Assembly: GCA_040755855.1 (NCBI GenBank)
Contig: JBFMAD010000002.1
Span: 243,705 to 307,704, forward strand
Length of the DNA stretch: 64,000 bases
Reading direction: 5' to 3'
From: Planctomycetota bacterium
GTDB lineage: Bacteria > Planctomycetota > Brocadiia > JAADGH01
The notes under the pieces were generated by a model that had not been told where the DNA came from, searched no databases, and was given only the letters and a program-made list of their open reading frames with translations. A program made the translations under genes and the position numbers. Positions 20,809 through 29,690 of the stretch are shown piece after piece (the stretch's first letter is position 1; each line of letters starts with the position of its first letter).

Positions 20809-22173
20809 CTACAGCTTCATCGCGTAACGGATGCTCTCCAGGACCGGCTCGAATCCCGCGCGCTCGTACATCCGCCGGGCGGCGCGGTGGCCCTCGTTCA
20901 GGCCGGTGGATACCTCGGCGTGGGTCATGCCCTTTTCGCGCAGGATGTCGAGGGAGTGCCGCAGCAGCGCCGCGCCGACGCCGCGCTGCCGGTGTTTTTT
21001 GTTCACACCGTTGTAGCCGATGCTGCCGATCTTCCGCCCCTCGCGGGGGGCGCGGTGGGCCATGAAGCCCGCCACGTCGCCGTTTATCTCGGCGACGATG
21101 ACCTCATCCAGATGGCCCTTGAGGCTGTTGACGATGGTTGGGACGGTGCGTTCGTGCCACGCGGTCCCGTTGATTCGGCCAAACTTTTGCTCGAAGTTGT
21201 ATTCCCACCCGATGTCCCAGATGTCGCGGACGATCTCGCGGATCGCGTCCAGGTCCTCCTCCCTTGCCGGGCGGATGGGGACGTCGCTCCCGCGCTCTGC
21301 GCGGTGCTTTGCGACGAGCATTCGGGTGAGATCAACCGCCCCCTGCACTTCCTCGTCGGTGATGCTGGACACGCCGTTCCCGTCGCCGCGATGAATCTCC
21401 ATAGCGAGGATGCCGCGGTAGCCGGCGGCGAGGATCTTTCGGATCGTCCCGTCAAAGTCCACGAAGCCCAGCCCCATGCCGTAGTGGTCCCACAGCTTGC
21501 CGGGGCGGATGTCGTTCAGGTGGATGTGGAAGACCTTCCGCTCGGCGAGGAAAAGGTCGAGCGTCTTGTGGAGGATGGCGTTGTATCGCTCGGCCACGTC
21601 GTCGGCCTTCTTGTCCTCGCCGCTGAGGCAGTTGAGGAGATGGCCGGTGTCAACCGTCACCCCTACGTTCGGGTGGTCGGCGTAGCGGATGATATCGGCC
21701 AGGTCCTCCGGGGCGCGGAGATCGGTCGAGGTCTCGACCGCGATGGTGACGCCGAAGCACTGGGCGTATTCGCCGAGGTCGCGGATGATGCCGGCGGCGC
21801 GGCGCTTGTCTTCATCGGAATTGACGTATTTCATCCGGACGTGAATGACCACCGCCTCTGCTCCGAGGAACCCGGCGGCGCGGATGGACTCTCGGTCCTC
21901 GGCGACGGCCGTTTGGGACTTCGCGTCGTCGGGTATGGTAAAGGTCTCTCCCATGGGGGCGTGGGCGCTGATGCGGTCGAGGGTCCGCGCCGTTTCTTGT
22001 ATCCGACGCAGTTCCTCGCCCGGCAGGTCGAACAGCGAAGGCCATTCTTTGTAGGGGTGGAGTTCGATGGAGTTCAGTCCGAAGCGGCGCGCGGCTTCCA
22101 CCTTCTCTGCGAAGGCGCGGTTCATAAACTGGGGCGCGGCGCCGCTGATATTGATGGCGATGTCGTCTTTCAT
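20809..22173 (-). CDS. Sugar-phosphate isomerase/epimerase (xylose-isomerase-like TIM barrel) fused to GNAT acetyltransferase
   Basis: IAVET, DTGH, HIHLND...DH and MEIH metal ligands; C-terminal RQRGVG and ARRMYERAGF. Confidence 0.8.
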   Translation of the reverse strand: MKDDIAINISGAAPQFMNRAFAEKVEAARRFGLNSIELHPYKEWPSLFDLPGEELRRIQETARTLDRISAHAPMGETFTIPDDAKSQTAVAEDRESIRAAGFLGAEAVVIHVRMKYVNSDEDKRRAAGIIRDLGEYAQCFGVTIAVETSTDLRAPEDLADIIRYADHPNVGVTVDTGHLLNCLSGEDKKADDVAERYNAILHKTLDLFLAERKVFHIHLNDIRPGKLWDHYGMGLGFVDFDGTIRKILAAGYRGILAMEIHRGDGNGVSSITDEEVQGAVDLTRMLVAKHRAERGSDVPIRPAREEDLDAIREIVRDIWDIGWEYNFEQKFGRINGTAWHERTVPTIVNSLKGHLDEVIVAEINGDVAGFMAHRAPREGRKIGSIGYNGVNKKHRQRGVGAALLRHSLDILREKGMTHAEVSTGLNEGHRAARRMYERAGFEPVLESIRYAMKL

Positions 22174-22211
22174 GGGGCGTTCCAACTGAGAGGACAGACT
22201 TCCGATCTGAC

Positions 22212-22240
22212 ACTATAGAAAGGCCGAGCGGGGGAGTCAA
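22212..22240 (-). promoter_or_regulatory. Sigma70-type promoter for the TIM-GNAT gene
   Basis: Minus strand TTGACT-17 bp-TATAGT, overlapping the nrpR stop codon. Confidence 0.65.
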
Positions 22241-23241
22241 GCGATTTGTACGCGGGCGCCAAGATCCTCGATGGGGATGAGGTCGTCGAACTCGTGAAGG
22301 GAGGCCATGGCATGGTTTTCGGTTTCGATGCCGGCCTCCTCGATGGCTCCCATTGGATTCAGGCCCGCGGCGACGATGATGCCGGCCCGCCCCTGGGAGA
22401 CGGGGATGTCGAGGAGGGGCCGCCCGGGGCGTCCGACGAGGAGGACGCCGCCCAGCCCCACGCGCTCCAGTCGCTCGACGGCGTGCATTACGGCGGGCAG
22501 AGAGGCGGCGGGAACCTCTCGGAAGCTCGCGCCTATGGTGCCGGCGCCGGTCTCGGCGGCGGCGAGGACCTGGGTCATTTTGCCCTTGATGAATATCTCC
22601 ACAGGATCGAGGGTCGTCCACTCGTAGTAGATGATCTGCGTGAAGCGCAGCGGCTTGCCGTCGCACAGCTCCAGCAGCCCGCCGAAGCGGGAGATCGTCG
22701 GCACGCCCGCCTGGCGGAGCGCGCCGTTGAGGGTGACGCTGCAGACGGTGCCGATGGCGATCTGGCCTTTAGGGACAAGGTGGCCGGCCAGGTCGTCGCC
22801 CTCCTTTCCCAGGGCGACGAAGCGGCCCATGCCGAGCCCGGCCCGGAGCACGGTGTTGATGATTTCCCGCACGCGGGGAAAATCGGCGACGGGGATGCGA
22901 GACACGTTGAGAATGACCGTTCCCACACCGCGGTTCGGGTCGAACGACATGCGGTAGGCGAGTTCGTCCACGCGGGCGGCGACAAATCCGACCTTGTCAA
23001 TGGCGACGGCGGTTTCGAGTTCCTTTCTTCCCCTCTCGGTAATCTCGCGGCCGGCGCGGCCGAGGTTCCGCGTGAGTCCGCTTTTGTCCATCTCGCCGAG
23101 GTAGTATCGGACCATGCGCTCCTTGAGGTCCACGCCGAGCATCTGGAGTTCCTCGGCGATCCGGGTGCTGCCCAAGGGGCCGCCGACTCCGGCAAGGATC
23201 TTGAGGATTGCGCTTATTTTCCGCTGGCTGTCAATATCCAT
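22237..23241 (-). CDS. nrpR: NrpR-family nitrogen repressor (wHTH plus NRD/DUF128)
   Basis: ILKIL...PLGS..IA..L...ERMVRYYL...GREITERG wHTH; TVCSVTLNG, FGGLL, ASFRE and GLNP NRD motifs; nitrogen gene context. Confidence 0.85.
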   Translation of the reverse strand: MDIDSQRKISAILKILAGVGGPLGSTRIAEELQMLGVDLKERMVRYYLGEMDKSGLTRNLGRAGREITERGRKELETAVAIDKVGFVAARVDELAYRMSFDPNRGVGTVILNVSRIPVADFPRVREIINTVLRAGLGMGRFVALGKEGDDLAGHLVPKGQIAIGTVCSVTLNGALRQAGVPTISRFGGLLELCDGKPLRFTQIIYYEWTTLDPVEIFIKGKMTQVLAAAETGAGTIGASFREVPAASLPAVMHAVERLERVGLGGVLLVGRPGRPLLDIPVSQGRAGIIVAAGLNPMGAIEEAGIETENHAMASLHEFDDLIPIEDLGARVQIA

Positions 23242-23319
23242 TGTTGATCCATGTTCAGTGCAATTGACTATGCCCATTATTCCGTAATTTCGGCTCAGGG
23301 GCAAACAAGAAAAACGCCG

Positions 23320-25947
23320 TCATGCGCCCTGCGCATCAACATAGCAGGCGAATCGCTGCCCCATCGTGTCGGCGCTGAGTTTGAGAACGCCCTTCCGAGC
23401 CGAGTTTTTGGCGTCAATCACGCGGATGACATTCGACCACTTTTCGGCGTCAGGGACCAGATGAGCCAGCTGGTTGGGGGACCGCTCGAAATAGGCCTCG
23501 TCAATGAAGTTTTCCTTGCGCTTGGGGAACAGGGCCACGTACAGGATGTCCCGCTCGATGAGATCGCTGAAGAAGTGGGTCCCAAGGGAGACATCGGGAA
23601 CCAGGTCGTCCCTCATGGCGACGATCTCGCACAGGACGGAAACGGGGCTGATCTCCCGGAACGAGACGGGAACGCCGAGGGAGGGGGTGCTGGTTCCCCA
23701 ACGGCCCGGCCCGATGAGCATGATGGCCTGGGGGCGTCCGTCCTGCTTGACGTGAGAGATTTGGCCGATGAGTCGGGCGATCTCGTGGCGATCGCTGGTC
23801 GTGAGTCGGGCATATGCCGACGGCACGACGTAAATGATACGGTCGATCGTGCCGACCTGGCTCTGGCCGATGACGGTGTCTCGCGATTCGAGGACCAAGT
23901 CCTCCTTTTTGATATCGGCAAAGGACTGCGCCCGGACGATCCCCGTGCCCCGGATTTGCAGTGTGCGGCACTGAAGCAAATTGATCTTGTATCGGCCGTC
24001 GTGCAGGAAGTTGAGCGTGAACTCGATGTCCACGGGAGAGCCGTATGCGTCCTGGAGGATTCGGAGCATATCGCGCATGTCCTGGGGAAAGGCGGTTTCG
24101 GACAGGAGCCGCTGAAAGGTGAGGACCCAGGGAAAGAGGTCCCGCATGTCTCGATCTTCGGCCAATCGTACCATTTCCTCGTCGCGCGAGGCGAAGATAT
24201 CGATGGGGAGTCCCTCACAGCGTTTGGCCACGTCAACAAAATCCATGGATACCATCTGATTGGCTTCGAGGTCCAGGACGTCAACCCTGCGCTGGGCGAA
24301 CTCGCGAACCTGGGAGAAGTCGGCATGGGGACGCTTGCCGGGGGCGTTCAGCGCAACGACAGTGGTGTAGTCGTCGGACGTGCGCTCGACGGCCCTCGTG
24401 CCGAGTCCGAAGACAAGGCGGATCATTCCCGCTTCAGAGTCTATGTCCTTGCTCCACGCATAGGGATTGAACGAGAATCCCACCCCGGCGACCTGGGGGA
24501 AGAATAGTCGCCCGTATTGAATGCCGGACACGCGCTGGACGAGCAAGGCCATCTGCTCGTCTTTGTCAAGGACTCCGCGTTCTGCCCGGTAGGTGAGGGC
24601 CTCCTCGCTCATGCTGCTGGCGTAGATCCCGCGAATCGCCGCCATCAGGTCCTCGATGCGAATATGGCGGGGACCCTGGTTGGCCAAGAACACGCTGTCG
24701 TACTTCCCGGCAAAGGCATTGCCGAAATTGTCCTCCAGGAGGCTGCTGGAGCGAACGATGATGGGCGACTGCCCGAAGTATCGGAGCAGGTTCTCGAACC
24801 GATCTTTCATGACATCGTGGAACTTGCCCATGAGGATTAGTTGGCGGGCCTCGGAGGCGCTGTCCAGGAACGACTTTGGATTTTTCTGTTTCTGTCGCAG
24901 CCGCCAGACGTGGTTGTTCACCAGAAAGGAATAGAACGCCTCCGAGCCGATGTAGAAGGAGTCGTGCGGCTCCAGCAGGTCGGACCAGCGCTTATCGGTC
25001 TTTTCCAATATGGCGCGGGCGAGGAGCATCCCGAAGGCCTTGCCGCCGATGAGGCCCGAGCTGACCATTCTCTTCTTGATGTTCAGCACGTCCGACAGGG
25101 TGAAGTATTTCTTGGCCAGCTGAAGCCCTTGCTCATCGTCGGTGACGGCCATCCGCAGCGAGCGGTGAAAGGCCTCATCCAGCTTCTTCTCGCTGGCTTC
25201 CCCGCGGCGAAAGTCGTCCAGGGTCTCCTCGGCTTGGATGAAGGAGCGCGTCCACCCGCCGGGGCGCTCCGCCTCCGCCGCCAGTCCCGACCAGTCGGCG
25301 GAGGTGAGCACTTCGGCAGTCTTGTTGCTCTCCGTCACGGGGATGAAGTCATCGTCTTCCCAGACATGCAGCATGTGCATCGTCGGCGAGTAGCGATTCT
25401 CGACCTTGCGCGGATGCACGTACAGCTTTCCCTTGTGGCGGTAGACATCCACCAGGATTTGCGTCGTTTCCACAATGGGAGAGGAGGCGTGAAATGAGTG
25501 GTAGTTTTTGAGCAGCGCGTAATAGGCGACCGTGTGCAGCGCAAAGAGATACGGGCATGTCAACATGTAGAAGTTGCCCAACATCCGATCGCTGTAGAGG
25601 TCCAGCGACAGTTCGGACAGGGCGTCAAACACGTAGAAGGCGTCTTCACCGGTTTTCTCGATGACGGCGTGGATTCGCGTGATGAACGGCTCGAATCCCT
25701 CCTCGGGGTGCAGGCGGTGGATCTCCGCCCCCGAGTCCTCTGCAACGAGTGGTTCGTGCTTCGCGAAGCGAAAGTAGATGAGCCGCCTGCCCTTGGCAAG
25801 GGCGTTCTCGCAGTAGGGTTTGACGAAAGGCACGTAATCGCTGATTGAATCAACCTGCCAGACGATGTTATCGCCCGGGCGCAGGCCCTGAAACACCCGG
25901 TCCAGACCGGGAAGCCCCGTGCTCAGGTATGGAATGTGCGGCGACAT
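23320..25947 (-). CDS. PEP/pyruvate-binding (PPDK_N ATP-grasp) protein with N-terminal KaiC-like domain
   Basis: STGLPGLD N-terminus; IGGKA, IVRSSSLLED.FG.AFAGKY, MALLVQ, DIEF and LLQCR motifs; GPGRWG in the C-terminus. Confidence 0.8.
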   Translation of the reverse strand: MSPHIPYLSTGLPGLDRVFQGLRPGDNIVWQVDSISDYVPFVKPYCENALAKGRRLIYFRFAKHEPLVAEDSGAEIHRLHPEEGFEPFITRIHAVIEKTGEDAFYVFDALSELSLDLYSDRMLGNFYMLTCPYLFALHTVAYYALLKNYHSFHASSPIVETTQILVDVYRHKGKLYVHPRKVENRYSPTMHMLHVWEDDDFIPVTESNKTAEVLTSADWSGLAAEAERPGGWTRSFIQAEETLDDFRRGEASEKKLDEAFHRSLRMAVTDDEQGLQLAKKYFTLSDVLNIKKRMVSSGLIGGKAFGMLLARAILEKTDKRWSDLLEPHDSFYIGSEAFYSFLVNNHVWRLRQKQKNPKSFLDSASEARQLILMGKFHDVMKDRFENLLRYFGQSPIIVRSSSLLEDNFGNAFAGKYDSVFLANQGPRHIRIEDLMAAIRGIYASSMSEEALTYRAERGVLDKDEQMALLVQRVSGIQYGRLFFPQVAGVGFSFNPYAWSKDIDSEAGMIRLVFGLGTRAVERTSDDYTTVVALNAPGKRPHADFSQVREFAQRRVDVLDLEANQMVSMDFVDVAKRCEGLPIDIFASRDEEMVRLAEDRDMRDLFPWVLTFQRLLSETAFPQDMRDMLRILQDAYGSPVDIEFTLNFLHDGRYKINLLQCRTLQIRGTGIVRAQSFADIKKEDLVLESRDTVIGQSQVGTIDRIIYVVPSAYARLTTSDRHEIARLIGQISHVKQDGRPQAIMLIGPGRWGTSTPSLGVPVSFREISPVSVLCEIVAMRDDLVPDVSLGTHFFSDLIERDILYVALFPKRKENFIDEAYFERSPNQLAHLVPDAEKWSNVIRVIDAKNSARKGVLKLSADTMGQRFACYVDAQGA

Positions 25948-26058
25948 CTCAGCGGTACCGCTCTGAAAAAACGAACGTCGCAATGGATGCCACTATTCCG
26001 CCCCTATATCTTAGTATACCATTTCTCAAGTCCATATAGGCTATGTGTTTTCCTCGTA

Positions 26059-26110
26059 ATTCCCGCGAAAGCGGGAATCCAGTCCCGCGGCCGCGCGGGA
26101 CGGAAATGAC
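26059..26110. repeat. dRS3/RPE-like palindromic repeat
   Basis: ATTCCCGC-GAAA-GCGGGAAT hairpin (26059-26078) followed by a degenerate partner tcccgcggccgcgcggga...aatgac. Confidence 0.6.
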
Positions 26111-26159
26111 CACCGTTGGCTCGCAACAGAACACCACGCAAACTCACGAAAAATCGCAC

Positions 26160-27506
26160 TTAGACCAGCCCCTGATCAAGCATGGCGTCGGCGACCTTCT
26201 TGAAACCGGCGATGTTCGCGCCCTTCACATAGTTGCAGAAGTTGCCTTCCTGCCCATAGGTCACGCACTGCTTGTGGATGGCTTTCATAATCAGGTTCAG
26301 ACGATTGTCCACCTCTTCCGCCGTCCATGAGAGCTTCATGCTGTTCTGCGACATCTCCAACCCGCTGGTCGCTACCCCCCCTGCATTCGCCGCCTTGCCG
26401 GGCGCATAGAGCAGCTTGTTCTCGAGGAAGATGCGGACGCCGCCGGGCGTGGTAGGCATGTTGGCTCCCTCTGCCACCAGCAGCACGCCGTTGCGGACCA
26501 AATTCTGCGCGTCCTTCTCGCTGATCTCGTTCTCCGTGGCTGAGGGAAACGCACAATCGGCCTTGATGTCCCACAAGGGATTGAAGTCTCTGCTGTTCTC
26601 CACTGGAATATAGACAGCCCTTGGGTGCTTCTCCACATACTCCTTCATACGGCCGCGCCGGAAGTTCTTCAACTCCATCACATAGGCGAGCTTCTTGTCG
26701 TCAATGCCTTGCTCGTCGTGGACCATGCCGCTCGAATCGGACAACGTGATTACCTTGCCGCCGAGTTGGTTGATCTTCTCGACCGTGAATTGCGCCACAT
26801 TGCCCGACCCCGAAACGAGGCAGGTCTTGCCTTTGATTGTATCGCCGCGCGTCTTCAGCATCTCCTGGGCAAAGTAGACCGCCCCGTAGCCCGTCGCCTC
26901 GGGTCGGATGAGAGACCCGCCCCAGTTAAGCCCCTTGCCCGTCAGCACTCCGGTGAACTCGTTGCGGAGGCGTTTGTACTGGCCGAAAAGAAATCCGATT
27001 TCCCGCGCGCCCACGCCGATATCGCCGGCGGGCACATCCGTATCGGGACCGATGTGGCGGAAGAGTTCCGTCATGAAACTCTGGCAGAAACGCATCACCT
27101 CGCTGTCGCTCTTCCCCTTCGGATCGAAGTCGCTTCCACCTTTGCCGCCTCCCATGGCAAGTGTCGTCAGCGCGTTCTTGAAGATCTGCTCGAAGCCGAG
27201 AAACTTGATGATGCTCAGATTGACGGATGGGTGGAACCGCAGCCCGCCCTTGTACGGCCCGATGGCGCTGCTGAACTCGACGCGATACCCGCGGTTCACA
27301 TGAATCTCCCCTCGGTCGTCCTGCCACGGGACGCGGAACATGATCATGCGCTCCGGCTCGACAATCCGCTCCAGAATTTTCGCCTTTGCGTATTGCTTAT
27401 TCGCAGCGACAAAATCCGCTACACTCTCCACGACCTCCCGCACAGCCTGATGAAACTCCGGCTGAGCCGGATCACGAGCCATCACCCGCTCCAAGATGTC
27501 CTGCAT
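26160..27506 (-). CDS. gdhA: NADP-specific glutamate dehydrogenase
   Basis: GPYKGGLRFHP, GGGKGGSDFDPKG, DVPAGDIGVG, RPEATGYG and GSGNVA motifs. Confidence 0.97.
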   Translation of the reverse strand: MQDILERVMARDPAQPEFHQAVREVVESVADFVAANKQYAKAKILERIVEPERMIMFRVPWQDDRGEIHVNRGYRVEFSSAIGPYKGGLRFHPSVNLSIIKFLGFEQIFKNALTTLAMGGGKGGSDFDPKGKSDSEVMRFCQSFMTELFRHIGPDTDVPAGDIGVGAREIGFLFGQYKRLRNEFTGVLTGKGLNWGGSLIRPEATGYGAVYFAQEMLKTRGDTIKGKTCLVSGSGNVAQFTVEKINQLGGKVITLSDSSGMVHDEQGIDDKKLAYVMELKNFRRGRMKEYVEKHPRAVYIPVENSRDFNPLWDIKADCAFPSATENEISEKDAQNLVRNGVLLVAEGANMPTTPGGVRIFLENKLLYAPGKAANAGGVATSGLEMSQNSMKLSWTAEEVDNRLNLIMKAIHKQCVTYGQEGNFCNYVKGANIAGFKKVADAMLDQGLV

Positions 27507-27665
27507 CGGCGCTTTCCTTTCTCTTCGCATCTGTCATGACCAATGTGCCATTCTCCAAGTCCGTATAAGGAGGGAAGCCCGTCATTTGCGGTGCGGATTT
27601 TATCCCGTTCGTTGAAAGGATGGCCTGGGCAACGAATAAAGCACCGAAGTGCTCACTACACAAAC

Positions 27666-27679
27666 GGCAGGTATCTTCC
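27666..27679. promoter_or_regulatory. Putative NrpR operator upstream of gdhA
   Basis: GGCA-ggtatc-TTCC (GGAA-N6-TGCC on the minus strand). Confidence 0.5.
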
Positions 27680-27928
27680 ACGCCTCAAAAACGCCCTATA
27701 CGAACAAAAAAATTCTACCACGCGGCCTGCCCAAAAGCAAGGCAATAGCGGCAGCGTTGCCGCATGGAGATTTTTCGATACCGGCGAGAGGATTACGCAT
27801 CCCGCCTTATATGCTCTCCCGATGAGGAGGCCGGCAATATTGCCGTATGAGATGGCCTGGCGTCGGCAATAATTACACAAGTGCGCAATAATTATGCAAT
27901 AATTCTTGGCATAGAGGCAAAATAGTTA

Positions 27929-27987
27929 TTGACATTGGCATTTGATTGCCGATATAATAGGCATTATCTTGCCGGTAGTGCATTGCC
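27929..27987 (+). promoter_or_regulatory. Sigma70 promoter overlapped by three putative NrpR operators
   Basis: TTGACA (27929-34), 18 bp, TATAAT (27953-58); GGCA-N6-TGCC at 27937-50 and 27960-73; GGTA-N6-TGCC at 27974-87. Confidence 0.75.
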
Positions 27988-28049
27988 GACAGGCCGCGCG
28001 ATTGATATGGGTTTGGTCTATAGTCCTTGTTCTGGAAAGGAGAATTGAA

Positions 28050-29633
28050 ATGAACTTTTCGAGGCCGAATGCGAGCGAAACGTCGCAAACGTCAAATCGT
28101 TCTCGCGATGTCGCCCCAAGTTCGGGACTTTGCTCGCGTTGTCTTGACGGGTGTCGCGGAAATTGTGAGGTCTTCAAGTCATCCTTCCGCGGACGCGAGG
28201 TGATCTATCCCGGCCCCTTCGGTGAAATCACTGCCGGAGGAGATAAAGAATACCCGGTGGATTACTCCCACCTGAACATCCACGGCTACGCCCTCGGCGC
28301 GGAGGCCATTGACGAGGCCAACCCCGACAAGGCCATCTTCCCGGTCGTGGACACCTCCACGGTGTTCGGCAACCTGGACACCGTCAAGATGAAGCTCCCG
28401 ATCTTTACCGGAGCGCTCGGCTCGACCACCGTCGCCATGAACAATTGGGACCAGCTGGCTGTCGGCGCGGCCATTTCGGGCATCGCCCTCGTCTGCGGCG
28501 AGAATGTCTGCGGCATCGACCACAATCTCGAAGTGAAGAACGGCAAGGTCGTCCGGTCGCCCGAGATGGAACGGCGCGTAAAGGTCTACCAGGACTGGTA
28601 TGAAGGCTACGGCGACCTGATCGTACAGATGAACGTCGAGGACTATCGTCTGGGCGTAGCCGAGTACGTCGTGGGCAAGCTCGGCGTGAAAACGATCGAG
28701 CTCAAGTGGGGCCAGGGCGCGAAGTGCATCGGCGGGGAAATCAAGATTGACTCGCTGGAGCGCGCCATCGAGCTGCAGAAGCGTGGCTACATCATCACGC
28801 CCAACCCCTCGAACGAGGCCAATCAGGCCGCCTTTAAGCAGGGGGCGCTCAAGGAGTTCGAGCGTCACTCCCGCCTCGGCTTTATCGAGGAGGACGAGTT
28901 CCTGTGCGAGGTCGAGCGCATCCGCCGCAGCATCGGCGCCACGCGCGTTACCCTCAAGACCGGCGCCTACGGCATGCGCGAGCTGGCCATGGCCATCAAG
29001 TGGTCGTCCAGGGCGCGCGTTGATCTGCTCACCATTGACGGGGCGGGCGGCGGCACGGGCATGAGCCCCTGGCGGATGATGGTGGAGTGGGGCGTGCCCA
29101 CGTTCTACCTCCAGGCCATGACCTACGACCTGTGCCGGCGACTGGCCCAGCGCGGCGAGTACGTGCCCAATATCGCCATCGCCGGGGGCTTCAGCAGCGA
29201 GGACCAGGTCTTCAAGGCCCTGGCTATGGGCGCCCCCTACGTCAAGGCGGTCTGCATGGGCCGCGCCCTCATGATCCCCGGCATGGTGGGCAAGAACATC
29301 GCCAATTGGATCAACGAAGGCGACCTGCCCAAGACCGTGTCACAGTTCGGCAGCACGCCCGAACAGATTTTCACCACCTATCACACGCTCAAGGAGCGCT
29401 ACGGCGACCGGATGAAAAAGATGCCCTTGGGAGCCGTCGGCGTCTATACCTTCTGCGACAAGATTCAGACCGGCCTGACGCAACTTATGGCCGGGAGTCG
29501 GAGCTTCCGCATCTCGACCATTGACCGCGCGGATCTGATGGCCCTGACCGAGGAGGCCGCGAAGGTGTCCGGCATTCCGTACGTCATGGACAGCTATCGC
29601 GAGGAGGCCGAGAAGATCATAGACGCGAAGTAG
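28050..29633 (+). CDS. FMN-binding glutamate synthase family protein (stand-alone GltB FMN domain)
   Basis: AAGGAG RBS; CSRCLDGCRGNC N-terminal cysteines; IELKWGQGAK.IGG, TIDGAGGGTG, IAGG and MGRA motifs. Confidence 0.9.
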   Translation: MNFSRPNASETSQTSNRSRDVAPSSGLCSRCLDGCRGNCEVFKSSFRGREVIYPGPFGEITAGGDKEYPVDYSHLNIHGYALGAEAIDEANPDKAIFPVVDTSTVFGNLDTVKMKLPIFTGALGSTTVAMNNWDQLAVGAAISGIALVCGENVCGIDHNLEVKNGKVVRSPEMERRVKVYQDWYEGYGDLIVQMNVEDYRLGVAEYVVGKLGVKTIELKWGQGAKCIGGEIKIDSLERAIELQKRGYIITPNPSNEANQAAFKQGALKEFERHSRLGFIEEDEFLCEVERIRRSIGATRVTLKTGAYGMRELAMAIKWSSRARVDLLTIDGAGGGTGMSPWRMMVEWGVPTFYLQAMTYDLCRRLAQRGEYVPNIAIAGGFSSEDQVFKALAMGAPYVKAVCMGRALMIPGMVGKNIANWINEGDLPKTVSQFGSTPEQIFTTYHTLKERYGDRMKKMPLGAVGVYTFCDKIQTGLTQLMAGSRSFRISTIDRADLMALTEEAAKVSGIPYVMDSYREEAEKIIDAK

Positions 29634-29655
29634 TTTCGATCCGTCTGCAAAGCGA

Positions 29656-29690
29656 CAACGCCGCCTCCCACGAGGCGGCGTTGCTCGTTT
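29656..29690. terminator. Intrinsic terminator between convergent genes
   Basis: 12-bp stem CAACGCCGCCTC-ccac-GAGGCGGCGTTG followed by a short T run. Confidence 0.7.

Noticed and set aside
23242..23319. NrpR autoregulatory operator directly upstream of nrpR
   Set aside because: TGCC and TTCC half-sites exist, but no correctly spaced N6 palindrome.
23320..25947. Annotation as PEP synthase (ppsA) or clock protein KaiC
   Set aside because: No recognisable phospho-His or C-terminal PEP domain, and no intact Walker A in the KaiC-like part.
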